This document shows, in pieces, positions 1 to 13,762 of a stretch of DNA of 64,000 nucleotides. A program made the translations under genes and the position numbers. How positions within the stretch are numbered: position 1 is the first letter of the stretch; each line of letters starts with the position of its first letter. Source of the DNA: Camelus ferus (taxonomy: Eukaryota); contig NC_045697.1 of the NCBI RefSeq assembly GCF_009834535.1, positions 188,001-252,000 of the forward strand. The letters are read 5' to 3'. Below the pieces are notes generated by a model. That model was not told the origin of the DNA. It was given only the letters and a program-made list of their open reading frames with translations, and did no database searches.

Positions 1-1671
1 TGTCCAGACCCTGGGACCAGCCCATCGAGAGATCAGGATAAACCCACTGGAGAGTACTGGGACCCCAGGGCTGACCCCCATTAGGGCCACGGTCCTGGAA
101 CATTCCTGTGAGTACCTCTGGGACCCCAGGACAACCCCTCCAAGAGGCTGGGACCCTGGCACTGTGACATGTGGAAGGCTCTCGCCGTATGACATGCTCC
201 TAGTGGGTCACCTAGGAGCTGGGGCAGGACCCTTAAGAAGGCTGGCTCTCAGGGAGGGTCAGGACAGTGATGAGAGCCAGAACTTGGAGACAGGTCCGCA
301 GCGAGGCCAGGACTCTTGAATGAGTCTCTGAGAAGCACCCAGACCTCAGGGCAGACTGTAAGGAGTTCTGGGACCCAAGCTAGGCCCCAGGGTTTGGGCC
401 CCTGGGGCAGGACCCCGAGGTTCCCAGAATCTGCCCATCCCACTCAGCTGGATCTGTCTGCTATAAAGGCTCTGGAGCATCAGGGATTCCGATTACCTGA
501 GCCCCACAGGTGCTAACCAGCCCTCTCTGTGAGGCCCCTGAGCACCTGGGCCAGCCCCGCAAACCTCTGACCTTCAGCAGGTGAGGTAGACGTGAGGCAG
601 GGTTGGGGCCTATCCTCCCAGCTCTGGGGACTTGAGGGGGCTCCTGGTCCACACTGGCTCCATGCCTCAGTCCAGCCCTGTGCCCCCTTCCCCATTCTTC
701 CAGCCCCTGCTCCAGGGCTGCTGTCCTTTCCCTCCTTTGGCCCTGTGGTCAGTGTCAGGCACCTTCAGCCACTCCTCCCTCCTCTCCCTCCGGTGGTGTC
801 ACCAAACGAGCCCTGTTCTCAAGGTCTGGAGGTGTTTTCAGTGTCCAGGAATTCCCAGGAGGGGGTGGGGTCTGAGCTGGGAGTGTGGGCCGTGGGAAGT
901 GTTTTGGGGCCAGTCGGCCCAACGCGTGTCAGGGGAGTGGATCAGGCCCCTTCTCTCCTCCAGGAAAGGAAAGTGTTAGAGGACTTGGGGTGGGGGCTTT
1001 GCTTCTCTGAAACTTCTGAATCAGACTCACCTAGAACTTGCCCATGTTGCCTTTAAGTTGGAAGTGGGGACGGAGTAGTGCTGCACTTGGGCTGGGCAGG
1101 GGCTCCGGCATGTGCCCAGTAAGACAGTGTCGGAGAGTGTGAGAGGGTGGGAAACCCAGGGCACGGGCCGCCTGGCCTGGGGTCAGCGCGCCCTCATCCA
1201 GCGAGCCAGAGAAAGGCAGGAGCACTTTTGGAAAGGTGGACTTGCGTTCGCTTGCAGACTGACCCAGAGGTTGAGCAGTGGGATGAGGCATAAATCTAAA
1301 ACCTCCAAGGGAGATGCTAGAACTGGTCAGTTCAGTGTTTCATTTTGCGCCATGACTTCACTCTTGGTTACTTAGGAGAAAACCGCTTTGAATTTTCAGT
1401 GTAACATTTCACAGGACTTAATCTTAACCGGACGGAGTCCCCAAATAGTCCAGCATAGAAACTTTTATTTGCCAAATGTAACCATACTCAGGCCCTTCTT
1501 ACTCAATGCTTACTTCTTCTATTTTTTTTTTTTAACATTGCACTTTACTTTTTTTAAAAAAAAAGACTTAATTTGCCTTGTGAAGTTTTGGAAAAGATCT
1601 GCAAAATTGGGCATTCAGATTTGGTTAGATTCTTTATTTTCCTGTTTTTGGATTTTTGAAGGGTTTTGAAG

Positions 1672-2115
1672 CTTGTGTTATTTGTGTATTGCTGCCCAGC
1701 AAATTACCCCAAAACTTAGTGCCTTAAAACAACTTCAGTTATTATCTAATGGTGTCTGTGGGTTGGGAATCTGGGCACAGCTTGGCTGGAACCTCTGCTT
1801 CAGGGTCTCATCAGGCTGCAGTCAGGGGACCAGTGGGGGCTATGGTCGTGTTTGTAGGCTCACATGTGGGGGGATCTGCTCCCAGGCTCATTAATGCAGC
1901 TGCTGACTAGGATGTCCATGGGGCAGCTCAGAACAGGAGAGCAAGCAAGGAGGCCACAGGCCTCATGACCTGATCTTGGCAGTGACATCCCACCCTACCG
2001 GATTCTGTTTGTTAGAACCTAGTCACCAGGCCCGGCCCACGCGGAGAGGAGGGCCTCCACGTGGGTGAGTGTACAGGGAGGGGCGGGGGCTGCTGGGCCA
2101 TCAGAAGGGCCTGAC
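1672..2115 (-). mobile_element. MaLR LTR (MLT1F-like)
   Basis: tattgctgcccagcaaattaccccaaaacttagtgccttaaaacaac...gggaatctgggcacagcttggctgg is typical of reverse-oriented MLT1. Confidence 0.7.
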
Positions 2116-3103
2116 CGAGTAGTGCCTGCAGGCGAATTAACAGCTGTATACAGAGTAGTGTGTTCAGGCCTCTGTTGCAGCAGGTCAGCTGCCTCTTTAG
2201 TTAGGAGGCTTCTCTGATGTCGCCATCGTGACTGAAACTGTTGTGATACTGGGGCCTACACGTAATGGAAGGTAAATTACACGTAGGAAAGATTTTTAGG
2301 AATTAACTTATAATTCAGAACACCTGTAGCAAACCACAAATTAAATCGTAGGTGTGTGTGTCAGGGATGTGGAATTCTTTGATAGCTTCAAGGGCAGCGA
2401 TTTTAGTTGTTTCTGGAGCATCATTTTATTTCTGTCAGTTATTTTGCTCCAGAAATTATTAACTGACTTTTGTAAGACATTTTTTAGATGTGAGAACCTG
2501 ATACGTTTGGGATATTTGACTCTTGTAGGGACTGTGACTCCAGGAAGCTGTGTGCAAGGGCCTCAGTGCTCAGCCCGCAGCTCTCTGTGTGCCTGATTGC
2601 ACTGTGTGCACTCGGGCTGGGATGCAGGGGGCCACATGGGAGGCCTCCCTCAAGGACCCGTCCCCACGCTGGGGGAGGTGTCCCCTGCTGCCACTCTGGT
2701 TTCTGGACCTGCCAGGTTCCACCTGCTGGTGTGAGGGCAGGGCCCTCTGCCAGTGATTGGAATTCTTTATTTGGGTTCTATGATTTGGATTATAAAATAA
2801 GGTTTGTTTTGGTCTATAGTATTATTCTTTAATCTATTAAATGGCAGGATTTGTTATTTTCCTTGGAGCTTTATTTGGTTAATAAAATTGACTTTGAAGT
2901 TAAAAATGTAATTTTCTTTTATTATTGAAATGTTGAGGTTTGGGATGGTTTCTTATTACCCTTCTGATACTTGCTATTTCTATCACAGAAATGCTGCACA
3001 ATTCATTGTGCTTCAAAAATGGAACTACTGTTCTTCGGTCTACAAGTTGGTAGTTTTTTATTGAGTTTTAAAAACTGAGGCCTTTAAAAATAGAAAGACT
3101 TAA

Positions 3104-3200
3104 CGGGTGTGTATAGCTTAGTGGTAAAGTGTATGCTCAGCATGCAGAAAGTCTTCGGTTCAGTTCCCAGTACCTCCATTAAAAAAGAAGAAAAAAAAAA
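3104..3200 (+). mobile_element. tRNA-derived SINE (camelid Vic-1-like)
   Basis: gtatagcttagtggtaaag (A box) ...ggttcagttccc (B box), poly-A tail, flanking direct repeat aaagactt (3094-3101 and 3198-3205). Confidence 0.8.
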
Positions 3201-4859
3201 GACTTTCTTTTCTAATCTGCTTGTTTCTCCCTACAGCACTGAATTAAGTGAGGGCCCGAATGACAGTAATGAAACCCTTAACGTCTGAAGAGAGGGTTAA
3301 GGCATGAGCATTGCTCACGTGCACTTTTAGAATTGTCTATTGAGTTAAGGAAAAACCCTCACCCATAAGGACTAAAACTCACTAGAAAATATGGTCCTTA
3401 AAAAAACCATTGGTAGGTTGATTTTTATTTTGAAGAGAACGTCTAATATTTAGGTGAATTTAGAGAGTAAAGATTAACTGGGTTTTTTTTTTTTTGGCAA
3501 ATACATCAATATTTGCTGGACTTTACTACATTAACAGCAAATGCTAGATGCTTAACAAGAAATAAGCAAACTGTAGAGAGCTGTCCACCCACCTCCGAGA
3601 AGCCTGCTAACTTGTGGGTCCCCTGTGGGTCTTGTGGGGTCTCACCAGCTGCTGTATCTCCTGGCTCAGCAGGGCCTGCTCCATAATAGATGCCTGACAA
3701 AGAGTAACTAAAAGCTGACCTTGCTTGATGCCTTTTGAGGCCCTGATCTGAAGGTGGTGTGTGTACTAACTCCTTTGGTTCTTAGGTCACCCCAGGACTG
3801 CACCCTGATCACCCCACAGGGCCCAGGCACAGCCGGGCAGTGAGGGGCAATGGGGACGGGGCTTTCTTTTCATTTCAAGTGATTTCACGTTCCTTTTTTA
3901 CCAGTTTTCATTGAGAAAGCAGGACAGTGGAGAAAAGCTGACAGACTGGACAGGGAACACCCTTGGCCCCCCTCCACCCAGGCCTCATCTGAGTTTTGCC
4001 GTACTTGCTTATCTGTTTCTAAATGCACCGTTTGTTGTGGGCTCACCTGAAAGCAGCTGCAGACGGCCTGGCGTGCTCCCCAAGTGAGGCGGAGCCCACA
4101 GGCCCCGTCATCGGAGGCTCCACCCGGAGAAGGGCCCTCCGGCCACATGCTGGCTGATTTCTGGTGCACCCCCCCCCCCCCCCCCCGTCGTTGTCTCCAG
4201 AGCGTCTCCCAGGCACTTCCCTGAGCCTGGTGCAGACGGCTCCCCGTGTGGCGCTGGTGGCATCTCGCCCCGCCTTCCCCGCCTCAGCATTGACTTTTCA
4301 GGCCACCTATCACATCTGGATTTTCCGACTCTTCACCTGTGCGTCGCCCACCCTAGTCTGTCGTCTCCAGTTTACTCTGTAGACTAAACAGGGAGGCTGG
4401 TTGGGCTCTGGGTTTGTGGGACGGCGTGGTCGGTGCTGCTTGGCCCCCTTCTTTGCCGGCTCTCAGGCAGGGCCCTGTGGGCTGGCCGAGCCTATCTGGA
4501 GAGGCCTGGGGTCCCAGCACCAGGCCCAGGGGTCGGGCCTCTGTCCCAGAGGGTCACACTTGCTCTGTGAATCTGCCAGGCCGTCTGTGGGCCATCCCAC
4601 CATTTCCCCCAGTGCATGGTCAGCCCCCTCTGTCGGCTTTGCTACTTTCAGCCGACTTTACAGAAGGTTCATGCTTGTGGAGGGAACTGTGGCTTCTGCT
4701 GTGCAGTAACATTTCCTTTGCTGAGTAACTGCCTTCCGGGCCCTGGAGTGGGGCTGCTGATGCCCACTGGTTTCCCCGCCTTTCACTGAAGGCCACCTGG
4801 CAAGGAGGCCAGGGGGGCTGTCCCAGGCCGGCTGCCTCAACCACGCCCCAGTCAGGGTG

Positions 4860-5130
4860 GTTTACAGGGCCAGCGTTTGTTTCTCACTGTCCTGGGGGCT
4901 GGGGTCCGAGATCAAGGTGCTGGTGGGTTCGGTTCCTGGCCGGCGGATGGGCCCACGCTGTGTGCTTGCTGGTGGGGCGGTGGGGCAGCACCCGGTATAC
5001 CGGTAAGGGCCCTGACCTGTCATGACTCTAACCACCCTCGTGAATCTGACCCTCCCCGAGGCCTTGCACTTGGAGACGAGGGTTAGGGCTTCAGCATGTG
5101 ATCTCTGGGGGCACAATCCGATCTGTACTG
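4860..5130 (-). mobile_element. MaLR LTR fragment (MLT1A/B-like)
   Basis: tttctcactgtcctgggggctggggtccgagatcaaggtgctgg...ttagggcttcagcatgtga. Confidence 0.6.
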
Positions 5131-5297
5131 CAGGGCTCCAGCTTCTTCTACATGTTTATTAACCTGATTCTTATCTGTAGAATTGGAAGAATAGCTGCCT
5201 AATGAGAATATTTTCAGAGGTGGTGGCCCCTCTGTGTTCTACATGTTTGGGAACCTAGCCCATTCTCCTGCGAGTAACTTCCATGCCTCTAAACTAC

Positions 5298-5750
5298 CGT
5301 ATTTGTTTTCTGTTGCTGGATAACGAATTGACACTGACTTGGTGGCTTGAAAGGACACCCACTTACTAGTCACAGCTCCACGGGTCAGGAGTCCAGCCGG
5401 CTGCAGGCCGACACCTCTGCTCGGGGCCTCGGAGCCTGAAATCCACATTTGGGCCAAACTGCAGCTTTCACCTGGGACCCACTGGCTGGGGACGCCCGAG
5501 GGCCTTTGCCCAGGACTGCGAGCAGTTGAGAGAATGTTGCCTCTGCCACCAGCTGGAGGAAACTCTGCTTTGAGTGACCATGAATTTGGTCAGGCCGCTG
5601 GATACTCGCCCTACCATAAGGTCAGCTGATGTGAGTCTTTAATTACATCTTCAAAAGCCCCTTACCGCAGTACCTGGGTTGGTAAGGGCAGAGGTATGTG
5701 TACTCCAGGGCCCACAATCTTGGGGCCATCTCAGAATTCTGCCTGCCGTA
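5298..5750 (-). mobile_element. MaLR LTR (MLT1E-like)
   Basis: tttctgttgctggataacgaattgac...cacagctccacgggtcaggagtcc...ggggccatctcagaattctgcc. Confidence 0.6.
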
Positions 5751-8700
5751 GTAATTCTCTTAGTGTACCGTTCTCTGGCCCCCAGAATTCACATCCTGCC
5801 AAATGCAGACACACTTGCCCCTCCCTACCAAGGTGCCCGCACATCCCCCCTGTCATCTGTTTGGTGTAATCCCCTGGGTGCAACCCTCGGTCACCTGTGA
5901 ACCTGGGGACAGGTCGCCCTCCTAGCACCCAGCACCACAGGACAGACGGGACAGCAGGTGCAGCTGTCCTGGGCCTCCTGGGAAGTGGAGGTAACAGGTC
6001 ACAGGTCCACTACAGCTCTGAGCCCCGGGGTCCTCCCAGCTGAGGTCCTGGGTCGAGTTTCAGGCTCAGGGTGACCCAGACGGCTCCCAGCTTGCCCTCT
6101 GGGCACCAGGTTCCGGCTGAGTGGTCTTTCTCCTGAAGAGGCCTCGTGTCTGTGGCCAGCAGCCTTGTTGGCCAGTTGCCTGCCAGTAGAATCTTGGGGT
6201 TCGACAGCCCCTCCCACTGCATGTTTTCATGCGTCTCCAAAGCTTGGATCTGAGAGTGGGAAATCGATGTGATTATGTTAATACAGTCTATTTCAAGGCT
6301 CCATTCCAATTGCATCTTCCCTCCTGCCTTACCTTGCCCGACGTTACTGTCTCCTGTCCCACGTCCTCAAGGACCACGTCTGAGCCTGTGCCCTCCTTGG
6401 CCCTTGTCCTTGGCCCCCCACCCCACCCCATCCCGATGCCTCGGTCTCTTGGCCGGCCACGTGGTGGTCTTACTGGGCTCACGGGGCCCCTCACCCCATT
6501 TGCACAGTGCCCCCCCACCGCCCTGTCAGATTCCTCTGGTCTTAGTGAAAAGTGGCCCCTTCACCGCCCTTGGCTTCACGGCCTGGATCCTCTTCTTCAA
6601 GGTGCTCCTCGCTGCTGGTGCGTTTGAGTGGTCTGGTTAGCGGCGGGGTTTGGGGCTCCGAGCCCACCTGTCATGACCCGTGAGCACAGCTGCGGGCACA
6701 TGTCAGGTGCTCAGTTTGAACGAGTGTTAGCACTCGTGACCTGAGCCCTGTGGAGTTTCTTTTCACACTTGGTCAGCAGTTTGCTGGGATACAGAATTCT
6801 GCCTGAAAGCTGTCTCCTCAGGACAGTGAAAGAGCTGCTCCCTTGACCTTTAGGGTTCAGTCCTACAGGTGAAGAGTCCGACGCTCTGAGTCCTGTTCCG
6901 TGGCAGTGGGCAGGGGGGGTCCTCTCCCCCGGAACTTCGGGTCCTTCCTTGTGCCCTCAGGGTCTTGAGGTTGAGGACATGGTTGGATGTGGGTTGGCAC
7001 GTGGGCCCTTGCAGTCTGATGATTCTTCCAACTGGGGAAACTCGAATAATTTTTTTCCAAGTCTTCAAGAGGAGCGTAGAGAATGACATACAAATACCCG
7101 TGTGCTCGTTGCCCAACTTAAGAAGTAAAATACTAAATTGTGTTTCAAAGCTCCTTCTCTGTTTTCTTTTTCTGAAACACCTGTTAGTTGGATGTTGCAT
7201 CTTTTATATTTCCTGTCTTTTTCGACCCTTTGGGAAGATTTCCTCAACTTTATCATATCGTCCTATTGAATTTTCAGTGTTGCCAGTCACATGGCTGACA
7301 CTGTTGTGTAGGGAGCTGGTAATAGCAAAATAAATGTGTGAATTGTAAGTTCAAAGGTGGTGGCTTAGAGTCCTGTGTGTGTGTCATTTTAAACAAGGTG
7401 TTCTCTAAAGGCTTGCTGGCAAGGTGACATTTGAGAGAAGGCTTGATGGAAGGGAGGGAGGGGCCGTGTGGCCACCCGAGAGAGAATGTTCTGACAGAGA
7501 CAGTAACGCAAGGACGGTGAGGCAGGATTGCACTTAGAAAGTTCTGCAGCTCACAGGGGGTCCGAGTGAGGACAGCAGCTTGGGGCCGCAGTGGCTGCCG
7601 GATGCCTTAGCTTTCTCTGAGACTTGGAGGACTTTACACAGGGGAGTCCCACGAGCTGGGAGTGGTGAGCATGGCCCGGTGGGGATGGCACGGTCGAGGG
7701 GTGCGGGCAGTGCGGCTGAGACCAGGCACAAGCCCTGGTGGGTAGGAAATCCAGGTGAGACTTGGAGATGCCAATACCGTGTGGAAATGCGTGCCTTCCG
7801 AGTGGGCCACAGGTGACTGGTTCTGAATTTGGGTTTGGGGAGTGTTGAGCTGGAGGAACCTGAGGTGTAAACGTGGTGGTGGGGCCCGGGGAGGAGGCTG
7901 GAGCAGGCGTGGGCTGGGCCCTGTGGCCTCCACCTGGGAGCATTTGGTCTGGTCTTGGCAGGTGTCTGACGCGGATGCTGCTGAGGACACGTCCTGGGGT
8001 CCCACCTCGGTGTCTGTCTCAGTCATGAAGTTACACCCAAATACCTGTGCAGACGCTTAATTTAAGAAATGAGAGTTGGGAGCAGACTCAGCAGCAGAGG
8101 TGGCCACCAGCCTTTGCCGCGTCAGCGAGTGGTGGTTGTCTGTCCGTTCGTTCAACACGCGTCGGCACACCAGGCTGTGGGGATCGGGAAGGAGCAGCGT
8201 GGTCCACGCCCCGTGGTCTGCAGCAGGGCGGAGCGTCCCTGAGTGGGGCCAAGACCCCACACAGAGGCGGGGCGAGGGGCTGAGACACGGTGCCCTGGGG
8301 GCCGGGGAGGCCTTTGCTGGAGGGTCAGGTCCCCGTTGGAGGAGTGGTGGGCGGGGACTCTAACTCGTAAGTTGCGATCCCACTCGAAAATCTGAATTCA
8401 AAGCACTTCTATGTTATTCCTTTTTATTATTTTTTAAAAGCTTTCATGGTGATGTGTAGCCTTGTAGAAATACATTTAAAGTTTCTTTTCTCTTGTGATC
8501 TTGGCCTGATTTCAGTGTCCCAGCCAGGATGTCCACAGTATGGGTGTGCTTATCCAGACAAGGTTCTGGCGAATCCCTGCGTCTGCCTGAGTGCAGACCC
8601 TGTGACGCCCTCGGGGTGTGAGTCCCGCCGCATGCTGGGCGCTGCGCCATTGCAGGATGGCGCTCGGGTGAGGAGCAGGACAGGTGGAGGACGCCAGCAG

Positions 8701-9479
8701 GCGTGTGAGGAGCCCGCCGTGTGCCAACGCTGCCACGGGGGCCGGGCACAGTGCCTGCCCAGCCCCTCCGGTGGGGGAGCAAGGAGCACGGAGTGCCCAG
8801 GCCGGGCAGGGAGGGCTCGGCAGTTTGGTGATTTCTGTGAGAATGAGGACAGACGGGTTTCCCGAGCTCCGGGTGAGGGCAGAAAGGGTGGCTCTGGCTG
8901 ATCCCACAGCGTTTGCTTCCTGGGCCCCGGCTCCCAGCAGGCGCTCCACTGGGCGTGGTGTCCCATGGTGAGGACACAGCCTTGGTTCTGCTGAGGGGGT
9001 GACTGAAGAGGGTGACAGCTTGGGGGTTTGGACTGGGGTTTGGTGGCCTGTCCAAGAGTCTCGGGGTCTCTGCCCACCACGCGGTGGTTGAAGCACCAGG
9101 CCGTCGGGGAACAGAGCTTACACAGCTGTGAGGCGGGCGAGGCCCTGGGAGTGGAGCCGATGTGGACTACGTGGATATGTGGGCAGGCCCTGCCGTGGAT
9201 GGAGCTGGTGTGGACGCCAGTGTGAATGGGGCGGAGCCTGGAGGGAGGGCATGGCCTGGCAGGAGTCGGGGTCCCTTAGATTGGTTTATTCAGGAGGGAC
9301 CCATCTGGTTTGCTATTCTAAGTGTTGGTCAGACTTGTCTGCGGAGAATGAATTGATGATGTGAGTGGGGGTGGGGGCCTGTCCTGGGTGGATCTGCCGT
9401 CCAGATGGGAGCTGTGGTGTTGTCCAGGAACTGGCCGTGGGCACAGATGTCGGACAGAGGGTGTGGTGTGGGGGAGGAT

Positions 9480-9980
9480 GGAGCGGGAGAAGGGACCCCA
9501 CAGGCGCACACAACCTCCCCGGTGGGCGTTTGTCCGAAACGTCTGTCCAGAGACGTGACCATGACTGTCCGCAGCAGGCTTATGCCCAACGCAGATGCCC
9601 ACCTGCTGGTGAGTGGGCCAGAGTTATGGTGGACGCTGCTCAGAACAGAAAGGGGGAGCTGTTCATCCCCACGGCCCCACGGGCGAATCTCAGGACCGTT
9701 ACCTGAGTGAAAGGAGCCAAAGGAAAAGAGTGCACACCTGATCCCCGGGGCTCAGGGCTGTCGTCTGGGAAGATGGGGGTCCCCGGGGATGGGTCCTGCT
9801 CTTGGCGGTCCTTACAGAATATTACCTTTTAAGCATGTAGTTGTTAATTTGTGAAGTATTTTCAGTAAAGCGGTTTATAGAGGTCACAGGATGCAATGAA
9901 CAATTTTGTGCCAATGAATTTGATGGCCTTCTTCCCTGGAAAATATAACTTAGCAAAACTAACTCAAAAGTAAGTGGAAA
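9480..9980 (+). mobile_element. Old L1 (L1ME-like) fragments
   Basis: gaatctcaggaccgttacctgagtgaaaggagccaaaggaaaagagtgcaca resembles an L1 3' end; gaacaattttgtgccaat...aactcaaaagtaagtggaaaact resembles ORF2. Confidence 0.5.
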
Positions 9981-12199
9981 ACTTTGAGTTTCTTGCAGGA
10001 TATGTTAACAGAAGGAAGCATGACCCCTGGGGGTGTGAGGAGGCAGGTTCTCTCCCTGGGGGTCCCTGAGGGGAGGGAGTGGGCGCCTCCAGGCAGGCCT
10101 GCTGGTCACGGCTGGTCACACGCAGCTGACCTGCAGACGTGGGAAGACGGGCCAGGGGTCTGTTAGTAACCCCTCGTGGTGTGGGAGGGTCTGGTGCGCA
10201 GCTGGTCTCCACGACCTCCTACCTCCCCCGGTGGCAGTGCTGTGTGGGAGAAGTTGGGGTGTTGGGTTGGAGGGATCAACTGGGCTGCAGGGTGGGCAGT
10301 GGCCTTGCACAGGGGGGGTTGGTAATGTCCTCGGCCTGGGACCTTGTCGAGAGCAGTTCTATAGAGTAGAGGACGGAAGTCGGGGGAGAGGGGTGAGAGG
10401 CTGGGGGGTCCTGTGGGGAGGGGTCCTGTCGGGAGGGAGGTATGGAAGGTTCTGGAACGAGAAGGGCTTGCTGGAACGGTCAGTGCCCTTGTGAAGCAGG
10501 AGGACGGTGTCCAGAGTGGGGTCTGGTCAGCCTGGAGACCAGGGAAGGGGTGTGGAGGCTGCCCCCTCCGCCCCAGGGAGGGCAGTAGGGTCCCCACAAG
10601 AGCACGTGCTGTGGGGCTGCGGGGCCGGAAAGAGGCCGCCTGCCAGCCCTCGGTCAGCTTGCAATGGGCTTGTCAGGGCAGGTCCCATCGAGGGCCCAGC
10701 AGGCCCAGGGCACTGAGAGTCCGAGGTGTGCATTTCTCCTGTGACCTGCCGGAAGGACTCCTTGTGCTCAGGGCTCCAGACTATTTCAGCGGAAGTTCAC
10801 AGCAAAATCAGCGAAGGAAAAGGCATGTAGGGCGAGGCCTGGGAGAACTGGGCGGGGCTTCTGGAGTCCTCTCCCCTGGGGTCATGGACGGACACGTTGT
10901 CACCCAGGGGCCTGTCAGGGCTCTTGGAGGCGTCTGCCTGGCACGCACCACACTCTCTGGGCACAGGGGGCCACTCTTGGCATTCAGGTAAAGTTTTAAA
11001 TTAATGACAGGAACTGTCACCATCCAGGGTCCCAGGGCCCAGCCAAGGGCTGACCATGCTAGCCTCTGGCAGGACGAGTCTCAGGTGCTGGCTGGAGGAG
11101 AGGGATTGTGTCCTGCAGCCACACCGGCCACCGCGCTGGGCAGCACAGGTGGACGGCACTGGTGTCGAGGGTAATGGGCCAGAAAGTGAGCCCCCACGCC
11201 TCTGGTTCAGGAAGGGGGACAGATCTGGTGCTGTGTTTCATTATTATTTGGTCTTATGTTTTTTAGTGTCAATAAAACATCAATTAATTGTATGCATGTA
11301 TGTCACGTGCAGCGAAAAATTGTCCTGGGACACTTGGCAGCCAGTACGCGGCCCATCTGGCACTCACTCGTCGGTCAGCTTCAGACCTCGGTCCCCTGTG
11401 GCTGCCAGGCGGCCGCCCAGACCCCCGTCACAGAGCCTGTGGGCCGGGGTGTCTGCCCTGTGCCCTCTCCCTAGCTTCGCAGGCGGCACTGGCCGTGGGG
11501 CAGGACTAGGTTGTTTACGGTGGGTTATTTTCCAGCTTTGAAGTTTCTGCCAGTTAGGGAACTGAGATAAATCAGACTTGGTGAGAAGGCGTCCACGGGA
11601 CTGGGCCGGACAGGAGGCTCCATGGATGGCGGGGCCTGCTCTACCAGCCGGAGTCACCCTCAGTGGCTGGTGTGGGCGGGGCTATGGCCTGTCCGAGCCC
11701 CACACGTGTGTCTGACCGTGGCCAGCTTTTCCCTCATGAGAGCTGCAGGCAGTTGGCTTGCTCGTTGCTTGGCTGTCGTGGCACCCTGTTCCGTTGAAGG
11801 GCACGGGCGGGGTTTGCCATCTGGGGCAAGGATACCTGCAGGGCGGGTCCCTCACCTGCAGGGGAGCAGGCCACGCCAGCTGGAGCCCTCATGTCTCCTA
11901 AGGCTTAAAGGTGTGCATTTCACATTTGGTCTCCATCACCTAGAGCTGGTTTTTGAGGATGAGGAACAGGGAGCCTGGTGTAAGGTAGGAGTTTGGTTTT
12001 CTTTCAGTTTCACCCCCAGGAATGATGTGTGTTGTAGTTTTTTTGTTTTGGGTTTTTTTGGGTAAAACACACTTTATGGAGACATCGTTTACGTGCACTA
12101 AAGCTCCCTGGTTTGATGTGCAGTTGCTGTCGAGTCACCTGACTGCACCCCAGTCCCAACCTGCCCTGGACTGTGTCAGTGGGGACATGCATTTCTTCC

Positions 12200-13190
12200 C
12201 TGCGCCCCTGCCACATGGCTGGGCTCTTTCCCACCTGCTGACCCCGCTGCGGCTGCAGGGCTGCTGGGACAAAGCTTTGAACGTCAGGCACAGACCTTGG
12301 AGTGGGTTCTGTATTAGTGTCTCTTAAGTGGAGAACCTTCATCGGGTGCGGACATTTCCTTGTGTTCTTCATTTGCTAAGAGATTTTTAGATATCATGAA
12401 TGGATGATGAATTTCATTAAATGATTTCTAGTGTGCCTTTGGGAAGGTCTTATCACTTCTCTTCTTTTATCTTTTGTCATAAATTCGATTTATTTCTTAC
12501 ATTGAGCCCACTGCATTCTGGGTGACCCTTCTGTTCATGCTGGACAAGGTGTCAGATTGTCACGCTTGGTCTGTTTGTCCCCCCAGTTCTGCTCTCACAA
12601 TGAGACACTGTCTCCTGGTTCTCTGAGAGTGTCTGTGAAATTGGTCCCTGCTCGCAGGTTTCATGGAACTGTCCTGAGTCAGATTCCTTGGAGTTAAAGA
12701 ACTTTCCAGTTTGTTTATTTCTACTTGCCTCAACTGTGGTGAGTTATTTTTCTAGAAATTCATCAATTTCTATAAACTTTCAACTTTACAAGCATAAAGT
12801 TGTTCATGACATTCTGTTATTACTGAAATGTCACCTCCTCAAGGAAGTCCTCCCTGACCACCCTGTTCTCCCCACCAGGGCTCCTGACCCTCTTTCCTGC
12901 TCTTACCTGTGCTGTTTGTCACCTCTGATGTCCAGAGAATCTGTCTCTCTGTGCACGTTGTGTTCCTTGTCTGTCTCCCTCTGTTAGAATGTAGGTTCCG
13001 GGGATTTGTGTGTCTTTTGTTCCCTGTTGTCCAAGAGTGCATGTCAGCAGTCTGTACTGTGTTGCTAAATTAAGCAAAGTGCACTGAGAGATTCCACGGT
13101 CACAGTAGCCAGAATTCAAGGGCTCAGTGGCCACTGCGTGGCCAGCAAGTGGAGAGGTTTCCACCCCCGCGGACAGTTCTGGTCTAGACC
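12200..13190. mobile_element. Cluster of old L1 (-), L2 3' end (+) and a MER3-like hAT MITE
   Basis: L1-like tttgctaagagatttttagatatcatgaatggatgatgaattt; L2 aaatgtcacctcctcaaggaagtcctccctgaccaccc; MER3-like cacagtagccagaattcaagggctcagtggccac. Confidence 0.5.
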
Positions 13191-13762
13191 CACATTCATG
13201 TCTCTTCATCTCTGTTCTCTCGTTAAAGGGCCTTTTAATCTTCCCGAATAACTATCTTCCTCCACGTCTCCATTCCTCTCTTCCTTTTTCTTGCGGAAGT
13301 TAATTGAGCTTCAAAGACTAGTTAACACAACATGCAGTTATGGAGAAACTTGGAGGGTAAAAGTGACACAAACTGGATGCACTGCGAACGTCACTTAAGC
13401 CTCTGTCAGGCCCTTGTCCCCAGGTCATGGGTAGCCACTGCCGTGGAACCACAGGCGCCTCGCGTGGTGTCGGGCTCAGCCCCTCTCCTGCCTGCCAGGT
13501 GGGAGCCCTCGGATCTCCGGCAGGCCTGGGGAGCACGGCAGGCAAGTGGGCAGCCTGCTGAGGTCCCCGAGGCCCCGACTGAGCCGCGTGGCCCCGCGGT
13601 CCCCAGCCCTCAGAGCATCTGGTGGAGTCCCTGCCTGCCCCCCCACCAGCCCCTGGGCCTCGGTGCCACCCAGCTGCCACCAAGACCTGCCCGTGTCTCC
13701 GTGGTTCGTGCTGGTGTTTTACTGTCATTCAGTTTTGCTTTTCTTCTGATTGTTTTAAGCAG

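Noticed and set aside
3104..3176. Possible tRNA gene
   Set aside because: Stems are degenerate, and the poly-A tail and TSD show it is a SINE.
5928..5946. RE1/REST-like CAGCACCacaGGACAG (and a partial match at ~59805-59822)
   Set aside because: The spacer is 3 nt rather than the canonical 2 and the flanks are poor; insufficient support.
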